Source: Candidatus Latescibacterota bacterium (GTDB lineage Bacteria; Latescibacterota; CBDEFO01). Taken from it: a DNA stretch of 64,000 nucleotides. Shown here piece after piece: positions 18,168-27,843 of this stretch. The position numbers and the translations under genes are program-made. Within the stretch, counting starts at the first letter, position 1. Each line of letters starts with the position of its first letter. The stretch lies in assembly GCA_965248755.1 (NCBI GenBank), contig OZ252149.1, forward strand, positions 4,096,001 through 4,160,000, given 5' to 3'. Below the pieces are notes generated by a model, which did not search any database, was not told where the DNA came from, and was given only the letters and a program-made list of their open reading frames with translations.

Positions 18168-19906
18168 CTATCGAGCTCTCCTGCGATGATGTTGAGACTC
18201 CCAAGGACAGCCACGATGTCTGAGTACATATGTCCTTTGATCATATGAGGGAAGGCTTGATAGTTGATAAAGGACGGGGGTCTTACTCTTACTCTGTAGG
18301 GGAATCCGCTTCCGTCGCTGACTATGTAGAACCCGAGTTCGCCGTTGGGGGATTCTGTGCTGGAGTAGATCTCAGCTTTGGGGGGCTCTATCCCGTGCCC
18401 TGTCATTATAAGTTTGAAGTGGTGAATGAGCGATTCCATCCTGTTATAGACCTCATCCTTTTCGGGGAGTATGACTTTCGCGTCCGGTACTTTGACTGGT
18501 CCGTCGGGTAGATTCTCCATAGCCTGTTTTACTATGTTGTTGCTCTGGATCATCTCCTCCATCCTGACAAGGTAACGGTCGTAGGCGTCGCCGTTGTCGC
18601 CTGTGGGGATCTCAAATTCAAATTCCTCGTAAGAAGAATAGGGTTCGGCTTTTCTTATATCCCATTCAACGCCTGATCCTCTGAGAATGGGTCCTGTAAG
18701 GCTGTAGGATATTGCGTCTTCGGCTGAGATTACGCCTATGCCCTTTGTCCTGTCGATCCATATTCTATTTTTGGTCAAAAGGTCATCTATATCTTTGAGT
18801 CTCTTCGGAAAGTGTCTTGTGAAGTCTTCGACCATCTCCTTGAAGTTCTCAGGGACGTCCTCAAATAGCCCTCCGACTCTCGTATAGCTTGTGGTCAGCC
18901 TCGTACCTGTAACGGCATCAAAGATATCGTAGAGCTTTTCTCTCTCTTTGAAGGCCCACAGAAAGGCCGTAAACGCCCCCAGATCCAGAGCCGCCGTTCC
19001 GAGCCATACTACGTGATCGGATATTCTGGAAAGTTCATAGAGGATGACTCTGATGTATTGGGCTCTTTTGGGCACCTCGATGTCCAAAAGCTTCTCCACA
19101 GCTATCGCATATCCGATGTTATTAGATAGGGGAGACATGTAGTTCATCCTGTCCGTCAAGGTGATGAACTGGTTGTAGTCGAGGTTTTCGCCGAGCTTTT
19201 CGAACCCCGTGTGGAGGTAGCCTATGTCGGGTATAACGTTGACCACCTTTTCTCCGTCCAGTTCGAGGACGAGCCTCAAAGTCCCATGGGTGGCCGGATG
19301 CTGCGGTCCGAAGTTCAACACCATCCTCTCACCGGAGAGCCTGTCGCCTTCGGTCTCCGATTTGCCTGCTATCTTTTCGACTGTGGACATTGAGATTTCA
19401 TCAAATCCGGGATCGGGATTGGCTATCCTGTCCCTTTCCCCCCTGCCTCTTAAGGGATAGTCCTTTCTTAGAGGATAGCCCTCAAAGTCTGAGGGCATCA
19501 GTATCCTTCTTAAGTCCGGATGTCCCTTGAACTTGATCCCGAACATGTCGTAGACTTCCCTTTCGGTCCAGATTGCCCCCATCCATATAGGCAAAACTGA
19601 GTCAAGAGTGGGGTCAGATTCTTCAACGGGAACTTTAACCCTGAGCCTCTGTCCTGTTTTGTAGGAGTAGAGATGATAGACCACGGAGAACCTTGGATGT
19701 CTGTCCATCGCGAGGTAGTCTACGCAGGAGAGGTCCACAAGATAGTCATACTGAAGGTCTGGGTCTTCCTTGAGGAATTTGAGGAGGTCGAAGGATCTCT
19801 GTTTGTTTATGTTTAAAGTGGTCTCATCCCTGAAATCTTCGACTTCAAGCAGAGCGCCGGAAAATCGGGAGTTTATCTTATCTATAGCTGATGTATCGTC
19901 GCCCAT
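18164..19906 (-). CDS. nuoCD: Fused NADH-quinone oxidoreductase subunit C/D
   Basis: C part EREVYDMFGI..HPDLRRILM..PLRKDYP; D part NFGPQHPATHG, GYLHTGFEK, IIAGELDR. Confidence 0.97.
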   Translation of the reverse strand: MGDDTSAIDKINSRFSGALLEVEDFRDETTLNINKQRSFDLLKFLKEDPDLQYDYLVDLSCVDYLAMDRHPRFSVVYHLYSYKTGQRLRVKVPVEESDPTLDSVLPIWMGAIWTEREVYDMFGIKFKGHPDLRRILMPSDFEGYPLRKDYPLRGRGERDRIANPDPGFDEISMSTVEKIAGKSETEGDRLSGERMVLNFGPQHPATHGTLRLVLELDGEKVVNVIPDIGYLHTGFEKLGENLDYNQFITLTDRMNYMSPLSNNIGYAIAVEKLLDIEVPKRAQYIRVILYELSRISDHVVWLGTAALDLGAFTAFLWAFKEREKLYDIFDAVTGTRLTTSYTRVGGLFEDVPENFKEMVEDFTRHFPKRLKDIDDLLTKNRIWIDRTKGIGVISAEDAISYSLTGPILRGSGVEWDIRKAEPYSSYEEFEFEIPTGDNGDAYDRYLVRMEEMIQSNNIVKQAMENLPDGPVKVPDAKVILPEKDEVYNRMESLIHHFKLIMTGHGIEPPKAEIYSSTESPNGELGFYIVSDGSGFPYRVRVRPPSFINYQAFPHMIKGHMYSDIVAVLGSLNIIAGELDR

Positions 19907-19934
19907 AGCATTTCTTGGACAGAACCCAGGAGAC

Positions 19935-20300
19935 CTAATCCCAGTCCAATCCACCTTTTCTCCATACGTACAAAAAGCCGATGAAGAGTACGCCGATAAA
20001 AGCCGCCATCTCTATAAATATAAATGATCCTAGAGGCAGCAGTTTTCTGAAAACTACCGCCCAGGGATATAGAAAGACCACTTCTATATCGAATATGATA
20101 AATATTATGGCGATAAAATAAAATTTCACCGAGAATCTGAGCCTTGCATCTCCAACAGGAGGGACTCCTGATTCGTAAGGTGAAAGCTTAATACTGTCGC
20201 TTTTTCTGGGTCCGAAAAGATAGCTGGTCAGCAGAATAGCAGCGGCAAGGCCGACAGCTATTATCAAAAGCAGAAGTATAGGAAGATAGTCACTTGGCAT
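19935..20300 (-). CDS. nuoA: NADH-quinone oxidoreductase subunit A
   Basis: KLSPYESG, FIIFDIEVVFLYPWA, KGGLDW. Confidence 0.98.
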   Translation of the reverse strand: MPSDYLPILLLLIIAVGLAAAILLTSYLFGPRKSDSIKLSPYESGVPPVGDARLRFSVKFYFIAIIFIIFDIEVVFLYPWAVVFRKLLPLGSFIFIEMAAFIGVLFIGFLYVWRKGGLDWD

Positions 20301-20379
20301 AAACTGTTATATATATTGGACTTACAGACGAGTTCATTTCCAAAGAGGATTCACTATACAATGTAGACTTAGAAATAAA

Positions 20380-20408
20380 AGTATATGATAATGCGAGCCA
20401 AAAGTCAA
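20380..20408 (-). promoter_or_regulatory. Sigma70-type promoter of the nuo-atp operon
   Basis: Minus strand TTGACT-N17-TATACT, about 80 bp upstream of nuoA. Confidence 0.75.
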
Positions 20409-20717
20409 GTGAAATAGGCGCAGATAGGCGAAAAATATCTGATTGATAGGGCAGGAATTGAGATCGCTTCGCTTGGCTCGCACTGACAATTTAGGGGACT
20501 CGCAATGACATTGCCCGGCTTGGGCTTTGGGTGATTGAGAGGGGCACTCCCCCAGGACTGCACCTGCAACTTTCGGCATGATCGCTTTTCACAGAATATG
20601 GCCTGCCACAGCCGATGCCTCTACAGCCGCTATAAGCCCCAAAGCCAGCACTTCAGAAGGAGGACTTGTCTTTGCATGATGAAGCTACTTTGTTTGTTGT
20701 GGGACAATGCGGCTTGC

Positions 20718-20780
20718 GATGTCTATAAGAAGATGTCTATAAGAAGATGTCTTTAAGAATCGAAGATGTCTTTAAGAATC
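20718..20780. repeat. Short tandem repeat GATGTCT(A/T)TAAGAA x4
   Basis: Units start at 20718, 20732, 20746, 20765. Confidence 0.9.
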
Positions 20781-21729
20781 AGAGTATCTCTACTCCTCTA
20801 TGTTGCTCTTTGGCCTTTCGATACGCCACCGATGCGGCGGCTACATCTTCTACGGCGATACCCTGCGATGCAAAGAGCGTGATTGCCTCCTCATCGGAGC
20901 GTCCCTTAATCTGGCCTGCCACGATCTGTCCCAATTCGTAGACCTGCTCCCAGCAGATGATGCCCTTGTTTATGGGAAATACAAGATCGCCCGATTCTAT
21001 TCTCGCCTGATCTTTCGAGTCCGCAACTAAGATATCACTCCTTCTCACTGCCTCATCGTCAATCTCGCGCTTTATGATAAAGTTAGATCCGGCGGCGTTT
21101 ATGTGGACTCCGGGTTCTACCAATTTTCCGTCGAAGAGCGGCTCTTGCGATGTGGTCATGGTCGTGATGATGTCAACATCTCCCACCACATCTTCAGGCG
21201 CCTTGACTGGCTTCATCTCCACTTTGAGTCTATCCTGCATCATGGAACAGAACTTCTTTCTGCGCTCTTCGTCTCTCCCGTAGATCTTCGCCAACTGAAT
21301 ATCTCTGACCTGGCATATAGCTTCAATCTGCGTCTGGGCCTGATATCCTGTTCCGAACATCCCAAGGGTCGTGGCATTTTCCCTTGCCATATATTTTGTG
21401 GCCACGCCTGATGCGGCTCCTGTCCTTAATTGCCCAAGTCTCCTTGCTTCCATGACTGCAAGGAGCCGTCCTGTCTCTATGTCGTGTAGCATAAAGAGAA
21501 ATTCTCCTCCGCTTTTGAATGTAGTATATGCCTTATATCCGATGTACCCGAACTTCTGGACTGACGCGGCCATGATGTGCAGCATTCCTCCCCGTCCGGT
21601 AGTCCTCCATCTGGGCGTATTGGCGACCTTGCCCTGTCCCTGCTCTTTGAAGACTTCCTCAACTGCGTCAATAGTCTCCTCCATAGTCAAAAGGTCATCG
21701 ACGTCGCTTTCAGTCAAAAAGAGAGGCAT
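20779..21729 (-). CDS. Ornithine cyclodeaminase / mu-crystallin family protein
   Basis: LRTGAASGVATKY, GMFGTGYQA, HINAAGSN, QGIAVEDVAAA. Confidence 0.93.
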   Translation of the reverse strand: MPLFLTESDVDDLLTMEETIDAVEEVFKEQGQGKVANTPRWRTTGRGGMLHIMAASVQKFGYIGYKAYTTFKSGGEFLFMLHDIETGRLLAVMEARRLGQLRTGAASGVATKYMARENATTLGMFGTGYQAQTQIEAICQVRDIQLAKIYGRDEERRKKFCSMMQDRLKVEMKPVKAPEDVVGDVDIITTMTTSQEPLFDGKLVEPGVHINAAGSNFIIKREIDDEAVRRSDILVADSKDQARIESGDLVFPINKGIICWEQVYELGQIVAGQIKGRSDEEAITLFASQGIAVEDVAAASVAYRKAKEQHRGVEIL

Positions 21730-21749
21730 GTACCTTCCCTTCTAAAGCT

Positions 21750-21925
21750 GTAGATAGAGGCACCTCTTCCTCTCCCATGAGATTGGTTCTGCTTCGCAAC
21801 TCCTGACGGGGTCGGGGTTTCACCCCTCGCAATGACTAAGGAAAAAGCAATCTCGGTCAGGGGAGAGCAGAGGGAATCCCTATATGCTGTCTAACTAGAC
21901 AGCATGTCTGTTCTACTGTCTACTC
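21750..21925. repeat. Composite B+C element
   Basis: GTAGATAG...GAGATTGGTTCTGCTTCGCAACTCC...CCTCGCAATGAC...GCAATCTC...CTACTGTCTACT; core closely matches 57290-57350. Confidence 0.85.
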
Positions 21926-21928
21926 TCT

Positions 21929-22957
21929 TTAAGGACATAGGATACTCTTGAGGCCTTTCTTCTCCTCCGTGTTCTTGAAGGCCTTTTCCCAATCCTCAAG
22001 GGGAACACCTGCTGTGATAAAGCGATTCATATCTATAGTTCCCTCTGACAGCATCTTTATAGTCTTTTCCCAGGTGCTCCACATCTGACCTATTGTGCCC
22101 TGCACCTTCAACTGTTTGTACGTGATCAGCCCGAAATCCACTTCCACAGGCTCATCTATTATTCCTATCTGAGTGTACCTTCCCTCAGGGGCCAAGCAGT
22201 CTAAACATTGATTCGCAGATGGCCCCACACCGGCGCACTCCAAAGCCACGTCAGCGCCGTATCCGTCAGTTATATCCAGTGTTAGCTCCTTCAGGTTCTG
22301 GGAGTTTACGTTTACGGTTACGTCTGCTCCGAACTTTTCGGCGAACTTCAGCCGCTCTTTGTCCTCGGACGTGCCGCAGACTATGGTCTTTGCCCCGGTT
22401 AATTTGACCAGAGTCAGGCAGATGAGACCTATGGGTCCCGGGCCAGATATTAAGACTATATTGAGGGGTGAAACCTGTGTAAACTCGGTCACAGCCTGAA
22501 CACAGCAGGCCAAAGGTTCGCACAAGGCTCCAGCTTCCCAAGGGACATTATGGGGAAGACGATAGATGAGATCCTGCTCGACAACACAGTACTCAGCAAA
22601 CCCTCCGTCGGTCTTGCTCCCTACGGAGGATCGCTTCGCACACATAAAGTAGTGCCCTTTTTGGCAGTATCTGCACTTTCCGCACGCTCCCATGGCGGAC
22701 GGATTTACCGTTACACGGTCGCCTATCTTGGCACGATCTACGTGCTTCCCCTTTTCGACCACTTCGCCGGAGAATTCATGTCCTAAAGTGACAGGGGGGT
22801 TAAAGCTGTAGCCTCCGTGGAAGATGTGTATATCCGTGCCGCAGACTCCTCCTGCCATAACTTTTATCACGACTTGAGAAGGGCCGCAGTCAGGCTCCGG
22901 GATGTCGCACAGGTCTACGTTTCCATATCCTGTAGATAATTTCCTTACTGCCTTCAT
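21929..22957 (-). CDS. Zn-dependent MDR alcohol/polyol dehydrogenase
   Basis: CGTD, GHE, CGKCRYC..C, GPGPIG. Confidence 0.95.
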   Translation of the reverse strand: MKAVRKLSTGYGNVDLCDIPEPDCGPSQVVIKVMAGGVCGTDIHIFHGGYSFNPPVTLGHEFSGEVVEKGKHVDRAKIGDRVTVNPSAMGACGKCRYCQKGHYFMCAKRSSVGSKTDGGFAEYCVVEQDLIYRLPHNVPWEAGALCEPLACCVQAVTEFTQVSPLNIVLISGPGPIGLICLTLVKLTGAKTIVCGTSEDKERLKFAEKFGADVTVNVNSQNLKELTLDITDGYGADVALECAGVGPSANQCLDCLAPEGRYTQIGIIDEPVEVDFGLITYKQLKVQGTIGQMWSTWEKTIKMLSEGTIDMNRFITAGVPLEDWEKAFKNTEEKKGLKSILCP

Positions 22958-24306
22958 TCTATTCTCGACTCGTTTGCAACTCCGTCGTAGAGTTCCACCC
23001 TGCTGATGTCCTCTTGGCAGGAGAGATATTTCTCCTTGGTAATGGGCGGTTTTGCTTTATCCAGTATCTCCTTTGCGTTCTCAGCGTTTCCCCAGAGGAG
23101 ATCAACAGCCGCCATGGCCAGGGACTTTGCAGGGGCGAGGTATCCCAGATCGTGATCTGCTATGTGCCACTCTGCGCTGTGAGAGGGGCCTTGTGCTCCG
23201 GCGATGAAGGGATGCAGGGCGGGCATGATATGGCTTATATCTCCCATATCGGTTGAGCCTGTGCGATGGCCGCCCTCAGTCACCTCGTCCTCTCCAAATA
23301 GAGAAGCTGCGTTGTCCACGAAGATATCTTTTATACTCTGATCGTTAACAAAGGGCATGAATCCCCCGAGGGTCCGTATCTCAACTTTAGCTCCCAAAGC
23401 CATCGCGCCTGCTCTTAAGGATCTGTCCACCTTTCTGTCTGCATCCGAGATCGCCTCGTTAGTTTTACCTCTGATGTACGTCTCGATCCTCACATCAGAA
23501 GGTATGATGCTGACAACGTCACCACCCCGCGTTACTATGGGATGCACTCGTACAGTGTCCTCGTCTTTAAACGTCTCCCTCTGTGCGTTGATGGCAGAGA
23601 GAGCTACATTGGCGGCGTAGAGGGCATTAATTCCCTGGTGTGGCGCTGCTCCCGCGTGGGCAGCTCGACCTGTGAACCTGACCAATTTGACTATAGCTCC
23701 GTTGAAGGAATCGACTACCGTGGCGAATTTGTCCTCGGGATTGCTGTTGGTGTGGATCATCATAGCCATATCTATGTCGTCGAATTCTCCCAAGCTCACC
23801 AACTCCGGCTTTCCGCACAAAAATGCAAGTTTTCCTTCACCTATCAGCCTGGCCCTGTACCCCACTTCCACGCATTCCTCGGCGGGAACGGCAAAGAAGA
23901 CCACATTTCCAGACAGGGAATCGGCGGCTTTGGCATCTGTCATTGCCATCAAAGCGCCCATGAGTCCCGCTATTTGAGCGTTGTGGCCGCAGGCGTGAGC
24001 GGCTCCCGTCTCTTTGTTCGATATAGGATGATCGGGGACTATGAGGGAATCTAATTCGCCTATTAAAGCCACAGTAGGTCCCGGTTTGCTGCCCTTTAAA
24101 ACCCCCTTGACGCCCGTAATAGCAAGACCGTCTCTGTGTGGAATTCCCAGACTTTCAAAGGTCCCGGATACGAGCTTCGCCGTCCGAAATTCCTTGAATC
24201 CAAGTTCGGGATTTCGCATTATATCTTCGCCGATGGAGATAATATCGTCTCTGTGTTTGTCAACGGATTCACATATTTTCTTCTTCAGTTCGTCTTTGTT
24301 TTGCAT
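22954..24306 (-). CDS. M20D family amidohydrolase
   Basis: NPELGFKE, ELDSL, HACGH, PAEE, GSTDMG. Confidence 0.93.
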   Translation of the reverse strand: MQNKDELKKKICESVDKHRDDIISIGEDIMRNPELGFKEFRTAKLVSGTFESLGIPHRDGLAITGVKGVLKGSKPGPTVALIGELDSLIVPDHPISNKETGAAHACGHNAQIAGLMGALMAMTDAKAADSLSGNVVFFAVPAEECVEVGYRARLIGEGKLAFLCGKPELVSLGEFDDIDMAMMIHTNSNPEDKFATVVDSFNGAIVKLVRFTGRAAHAGAAPHQGINALYAANVALSAINAQRETFKDEDTVRVHPIVTRGGDVVSIIPSDVRIETYIRGKTNEAISDADRKVDRSLRAGAMALGAKVEIRTLGGFMPFVNDQSIKDIFVDNAASLFGEDEVTEGGHRTGSTDMGDISHIMPALHPFIAGAQGPSHSAEWHIADHDLGYLAPAKSLAMAAVDLLWGNAENAKEILDKAKPPITKEKYLSCQEDISRVELYDGVANESRIE

Positions 24307-24392
24307 TCGTGTTCCCTTCTATTTTAATGTGTTTTCATACAAACTGTTACATTCAGCTACGTGCATACGACCGCTGGAACATCGCCGTGTAC

Positions 24393-26249
24393 TTATACGT
24401 CGCCGGTCAGTCGGACCCGTACCCCCTGAGCCTCCAATGCCGGGATCTGTTCATTGATAGCAGCATCGCTGAGAGGGTTGTTCCACAGAGACAGCTTTCT
24501 CAGTTCAGTCAGTCCAATGAATGGGGATAGATCGCTGATTTTGTTCTCGTCCAGACCCAACTCTCTCAGTTTTCTCAGTCCAGCCAAAGGAGACAGATCA
24601 CTGATTTGATTGTGTCCCAGCCACAGCACCGTAAGTTGCGTCAGTCCAGATAGCGGAGACAGATCGCTAATCTGGTTGTTATGCAGAGTCAGCCTTGTAA
24701 GTTGTGTTAGTTCAGACAACGGAGACAGATCGCTGATCTTATTCCCATCCATCATCAGCTTTTTGAGTTGTCTCAGTTCAGATAGAGAAGATAGATCACT
24801 AATCTGGTTGTTAAATAGTCGCAGATCTGTCAGTTGGGTCAACTGCCCGATACCTGTCAAGTCAGTACTCTGACCCCTTCCCACCTCCAACTTGGTTAGT
24901 CTTGTCACATCTTTCGGAGTCAGTACCCCCTCAGGTTTGCGCAAGGCCTTCCGTACTGCCGTCTCCAGGTTGGGGTCGGCAAAGGTTATAGCTATAGAAT
25001 ATGTCGCTGTTACGCCTCGAGCCTCCAATGCTGGAATGTGTTTGTTGATAGCGACATCACCGAGCGGGTTGTCCCTCAGACTCAGCCTTGTCAATTGAGT
25101 CATTCCGAGCAACGGAGATAGATTGCTGATCTGGTTGCCCCAGAGGCTCAGTTTTGTCATTTGTGTCATCCCTGCTATCGGGGATAGATCACTAATCTTA
25201 TTGGTACTGAGATCCAGGTGAGTCAGTTGCGTGAGTTCAGACAGCGGTGATATATCGCTAATCTGGTTTCTTCCCAGCCACAAGCCTGTCAATCGTATCA
25301 GTTCAGACAGTGGAGACATATCGGTGATCCGGTTATTTCCCAGAGTCAGCAATGTGAGTTGTGTCAGTCCTGACAGTGGAGACATATCGCTAATCCAGTT
25401 GTCTCCCAGAGTCAGAAATCTGAGTTGTGTCAGTCCTGATAGGGGAGATACATCCCTGATATGGTTGTGCAACACCTGTAGCTCTCTCAGTTCAGTTAGT
25501 CCAGCCAGTGGAGATAGATCACTAATCCCGTTGTTGAACATATACAGTTTTGTCAACTGTGTCAGTCCAGCAAGCGGAGATAGATTGCGGATCTCGTTGC
25601 CCCGGAGGCTCAGTTTTGTTAGTTGAGTCAGCCCTGCCAGCGGGGATAGATCACTAATCTGATTGCTACTCAGATCCAGGTGTGTAAGTTGTGTTAGTCC
25701 AGACAGCCGAGATATATCGCTGATTTGATTGCTATTGAGCAACAATTTTCTCAGTTGTCTCAGTTCAGATAGCGGCGCAAGGTTGCTGATCTCGTTGCCC
25801 TGTAGATCCAGATCTGTCAGTTGAGTCAGTTTGGATATCACGGAAAGATCACTAAGCTGGTTGCCCGCCAGAACCAGTCTTGACAGATGTGTTAGTTCGG
25901 ATACCAGAGAAAGGTCGTTAATCTGGTTGAACCCAAGATCCAGCTCTATTAGTTGTGTTAGACCAGATAGCGCAGATATATCGCTAATTTGGTTGCCCTT
26001 CAGATTCAGTTTCGACAGTCGAGTCAATTGCTCGATCCCAGTCAAGGCCGTAATCTTCTTTCCAGCCAAATCTAACCCTGTTAGGCCTACCAAGTCTTCT
26101 TGGGTGAGTTCTCCCTCGGCTTTATCCACAACCTCACGTACTGCAGCCTCCAGCCTGGGATCAGCAAAATCCTTTACCGGTTTCGGAGCGTTGTCGCCAC
26201 ATGCGATTAAGACCAGCAGAATTGGCCCGACTACAATCGTTCTATCCAT
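24393..26249 (-). CDS. Internalin-like leucine-rich-repeat lipoprotein with two LRR blocks
   Basis: Lipobox LIAC; two FADPxLExAVR caps; more than 20 repeats of 22 aa (NQISDLSPLSGLTQLTxLxL). Confidence 0.93.
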   Translation of the reverse strand: MDRTIVVGPILLVLIACGDNAPKPVKDFADPRLEAAVREVVDKAEGELTQEDLVGLTGLDLAGKKITALTGIEQLTRLSKLNLKGNQISDISALSGLTQLIELDLGFNQINDLSLVSELTHLSRLVLAGNQLSDLSVISKLTQLTDLDLQGNEISNLAPLSELRQLRKLLLNSNQISDISRLSGLTQLTHLDLSSNQISDLSPLAGLTQLTKLSLRGNEIRNLSPLAGLTQLTKLYMFNNGISDLSPLAGLTELRELQVLHNHIRDVSPLSGLTQLRFLTLGDNWISDMSPLSGLTQLTLLTLGNNRITDMSPLSELIRLTGLWLGRNQISDISPLSELTQLTHLDLSTNKISDLSPIAGMTQMTKLSLWGNQISNLSPLLGMTQLTRLSLRDNPLGDVAINKHIPALEARGVTATYSIAITFADPNLETAVRKALRKPEGVLTPKDVTRLTKLEVGRGQSTDLTGIGQLTQLTDLRLFNNQISDLSSLSELRQLKKLMMDGNKISDLSPLSELTQLTRLTLHNNQISDLSPLSGLTQLTVLWLGHNQISDLSPLAGLRKLRELGLDENKISDLSPFIGLTELRKLSLWNNPLSDAAINEQIPALEAQGVRVRLTGDV

Positions 26250-26745
26250 GCGATTCGTGCCTTTGGTGCTCGCCTGTTTCGCCTTTGATGAGTTCCACAG
26301 CGTGAGGGATCACGTCCTGGAGCCATTCTAAACACTCTCTTACGCCCTTGGGACTCCCCGGAAGGTTGATTATGAGCGTCTCTCCTCTGACCCCTGCGGT
26401 CATCCTGGAGAGCATAGCCCATGGAGTGATCTTCAGGCTCTTTGCCCTCAGAGTCTCGCCTATACCCGGGACCGCCTTTTCGATCACGTATTCTGTCGCC
26501 TCAGGGGTTACGTCTCTCTGTGCGACGCCCGTTCCGCCCGTGGTCAGAATAACGTCCATGCCGTCGTCGTCTGCCATTGTGGCTAAAGCCTCTGTTATCT
26601 CGTCAATTTCGTCCGGGACTATGCGATAGACCTCCACCTTTCCGCCGAACTCGGGCGCTATTTCTCTTATAGCTGCTCCGCCTTCATCCTCTCTTTCCCC
26701 CGCAGCGCTCTTGTCACTTACAGTCAGGACACCGACCTTTATCAT
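26242..26745 (-). CDS. mog: Molybdopterin adenylyltransferase (MogA/MoaB family)
   Basis: LTVSD, TTGGTG..RDVTPEAT, NLPGSP. Confidence 0.92.
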   Translation of the reverse strand: MIKVGVLTVSDKSAAGEREDEGGAAIREIAPEFGGKVEVYRIVPDEIDEITEALATMADDDGMDVILTTGGTGVAQRDVTPEATEYVIEKAVPGIGETLRAKSLKITPWAMLSRMTAGVRGETLIINLPGSPKGVRECLEWLQDVIPHAVELIKGETGEHQRHESHG

Positions 26746-26750
26746 CGCTT

Positions 26751-27224
26751 CTACACCTCCCTTACGAACGATCCGCTCTTTCCGCCCGATTTTTTTATCA
26801 GTTTTATGTCGGAGATGACCATCCTCTTATCCACAGCCTTACACATATCGTATATGGTCAAAAGAGCGACAGAAACGGCTGTAAGTGCCTCCATCTCAAC
26901 TCCTGTCCTTCCGGGGACGGATACCTGGGACTCGACTTTTATCCTATCTTCTTCCACTTTGAATCTCACATCCACGCCCGTTATCTCCAGAGGATGACAG
27001 AGCGGGATTAGGTCCCACGTCCTCTTTGCCGCCATGATCCCCGCTATCCGGGCCGTCTCTATGACGTTTCCTTTAGGGGCTTTTCCGCCCACTATCATCT
27101 CGATTATCTTTCGGGACATCAGAATCTCGCCTTGGGCGATGGCTTCTCTTTGGGTCACATCTTTATGGGTTACGTCCACCATTCGTGCGGCGCCGCTTTC
27201 ATCTATATGAGTTAGCTTATTCAC
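26751..27224 (-). CDS. moaC: Cyclic pyranopterin monophosphate synthase
   Basis: LTHID..ARMVDV, LIPLCHP, TGVEMEAL, YDMCKA, KSGGKSG. Confidence 0.98.
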   Translation of the reverse strand: MNKLTHIDESGAARMVDVTHKDVTQREAIAQGEILMSRKIIEMIVGGKAPKGNVIETARIAGIMAAKRTWDLIPLCHPLEITGVDVRFKVEEDRIKVESQVSVPGRTGVEMEALTAVSVALLTIYDMCKAVDKRMVISDIKLIKKSGGKSGSFVREV

Positions 27225-27339
27225 AGGCTATCTGCCTCCCTGCACAAGTAGACAGTAGCCCCCGATTGAAGCTATCGGGGGTAGATAGGGGCACCGCCTC
27301 CCATCCCTTTCTACTACAAAGGGTCAATGCTTCCACAAG

Positions 27340-27633
27340 CTATCCGCCTCCTCTCAAGAGCTTGAGCTTCAGGCCCTTCTCTATGTCCCTATTCATATAG
27401 GAAAGCTCCAGGGTCAGTTCAGATACAGGTTTAAAACGGGCTAAGAGATGGTCTTTAGCGTTCTTTTCCTCTACAATTGCGGTTTCCTCTCTTCCGTCTA
27501 TAAGGAGTTTCACAGTTGCGATTGAACCGTCCCGTTGGATCTCCAGAACTTCGGCGCCGTACCTTTCCAAAACTTCTTCTACGGCGTTCAAGCCGTCCTG
27601 GAGTTTGAAGGTGTAGAATGTGAGTTTATGCAT
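27340..27633 (-). CDS. Hypothetical protein
   Basis: 97-aa ORF between a promoter and moaC; protein-like composition. Confidence 0.6.
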   Translation of the reverse strand: MHKLTFYTFKLQDGLNAVEEVLERYGAEVLEIQRDGSIATVKLLIDGREETAIVEEKNAKDHLLARFKPVSELTLELSYMNRDIEKGLKLKLLRGGG

Positions 27634-27717
27634 GAAGGGTCCAAAGCAGTAGCCAGGGCACCCTCGCCCTTGATCTATCACTTTAAATTTTGTGGAGTAT
27701 TAGCTGATTCTATAATG

Positions 27718-27746
27718 ATTCTAAGCAGGTTAAACGTTATTGTCAA
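27718..27746 (-). promoter_or_regulatory. Sigma70-type promoter
   Basis: Minus strand TTGACA-N17-TAGAAT upstream of the hyp-moaC-mog-LRR unit. Confidence 0.75.
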
Positions 27747-27843
27747 TGTTCGTACCCGATTTCGTCCTCCTTTGGTGCGTAACGTTGCCAGGCACGCATA
27801 CCGCTCCCCTTGACAGAGCGACAAATATTTCGCAAATTGGGGT

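Noticed and set aside
20718..20780. Possible mini-CRISPR
   Set aside because: 14-bp units are adjacent with no unique spacers, and there are no cas genes
24393..26249. 66-bp DNA periodicity (also about 170 bp at 40320-41330 and 231 bp at 60240-60930)
   Set aside because: Fully explained by LRR, NHL and EYFxDxDPG protein repeats
27224..27340. Moco riboswitch upstream of moaC
   Set aside because: The gap is occupied by a family B half element with an A palindrome; I could not recognise a riboswitch consensus, and an Rfam scan would settle it
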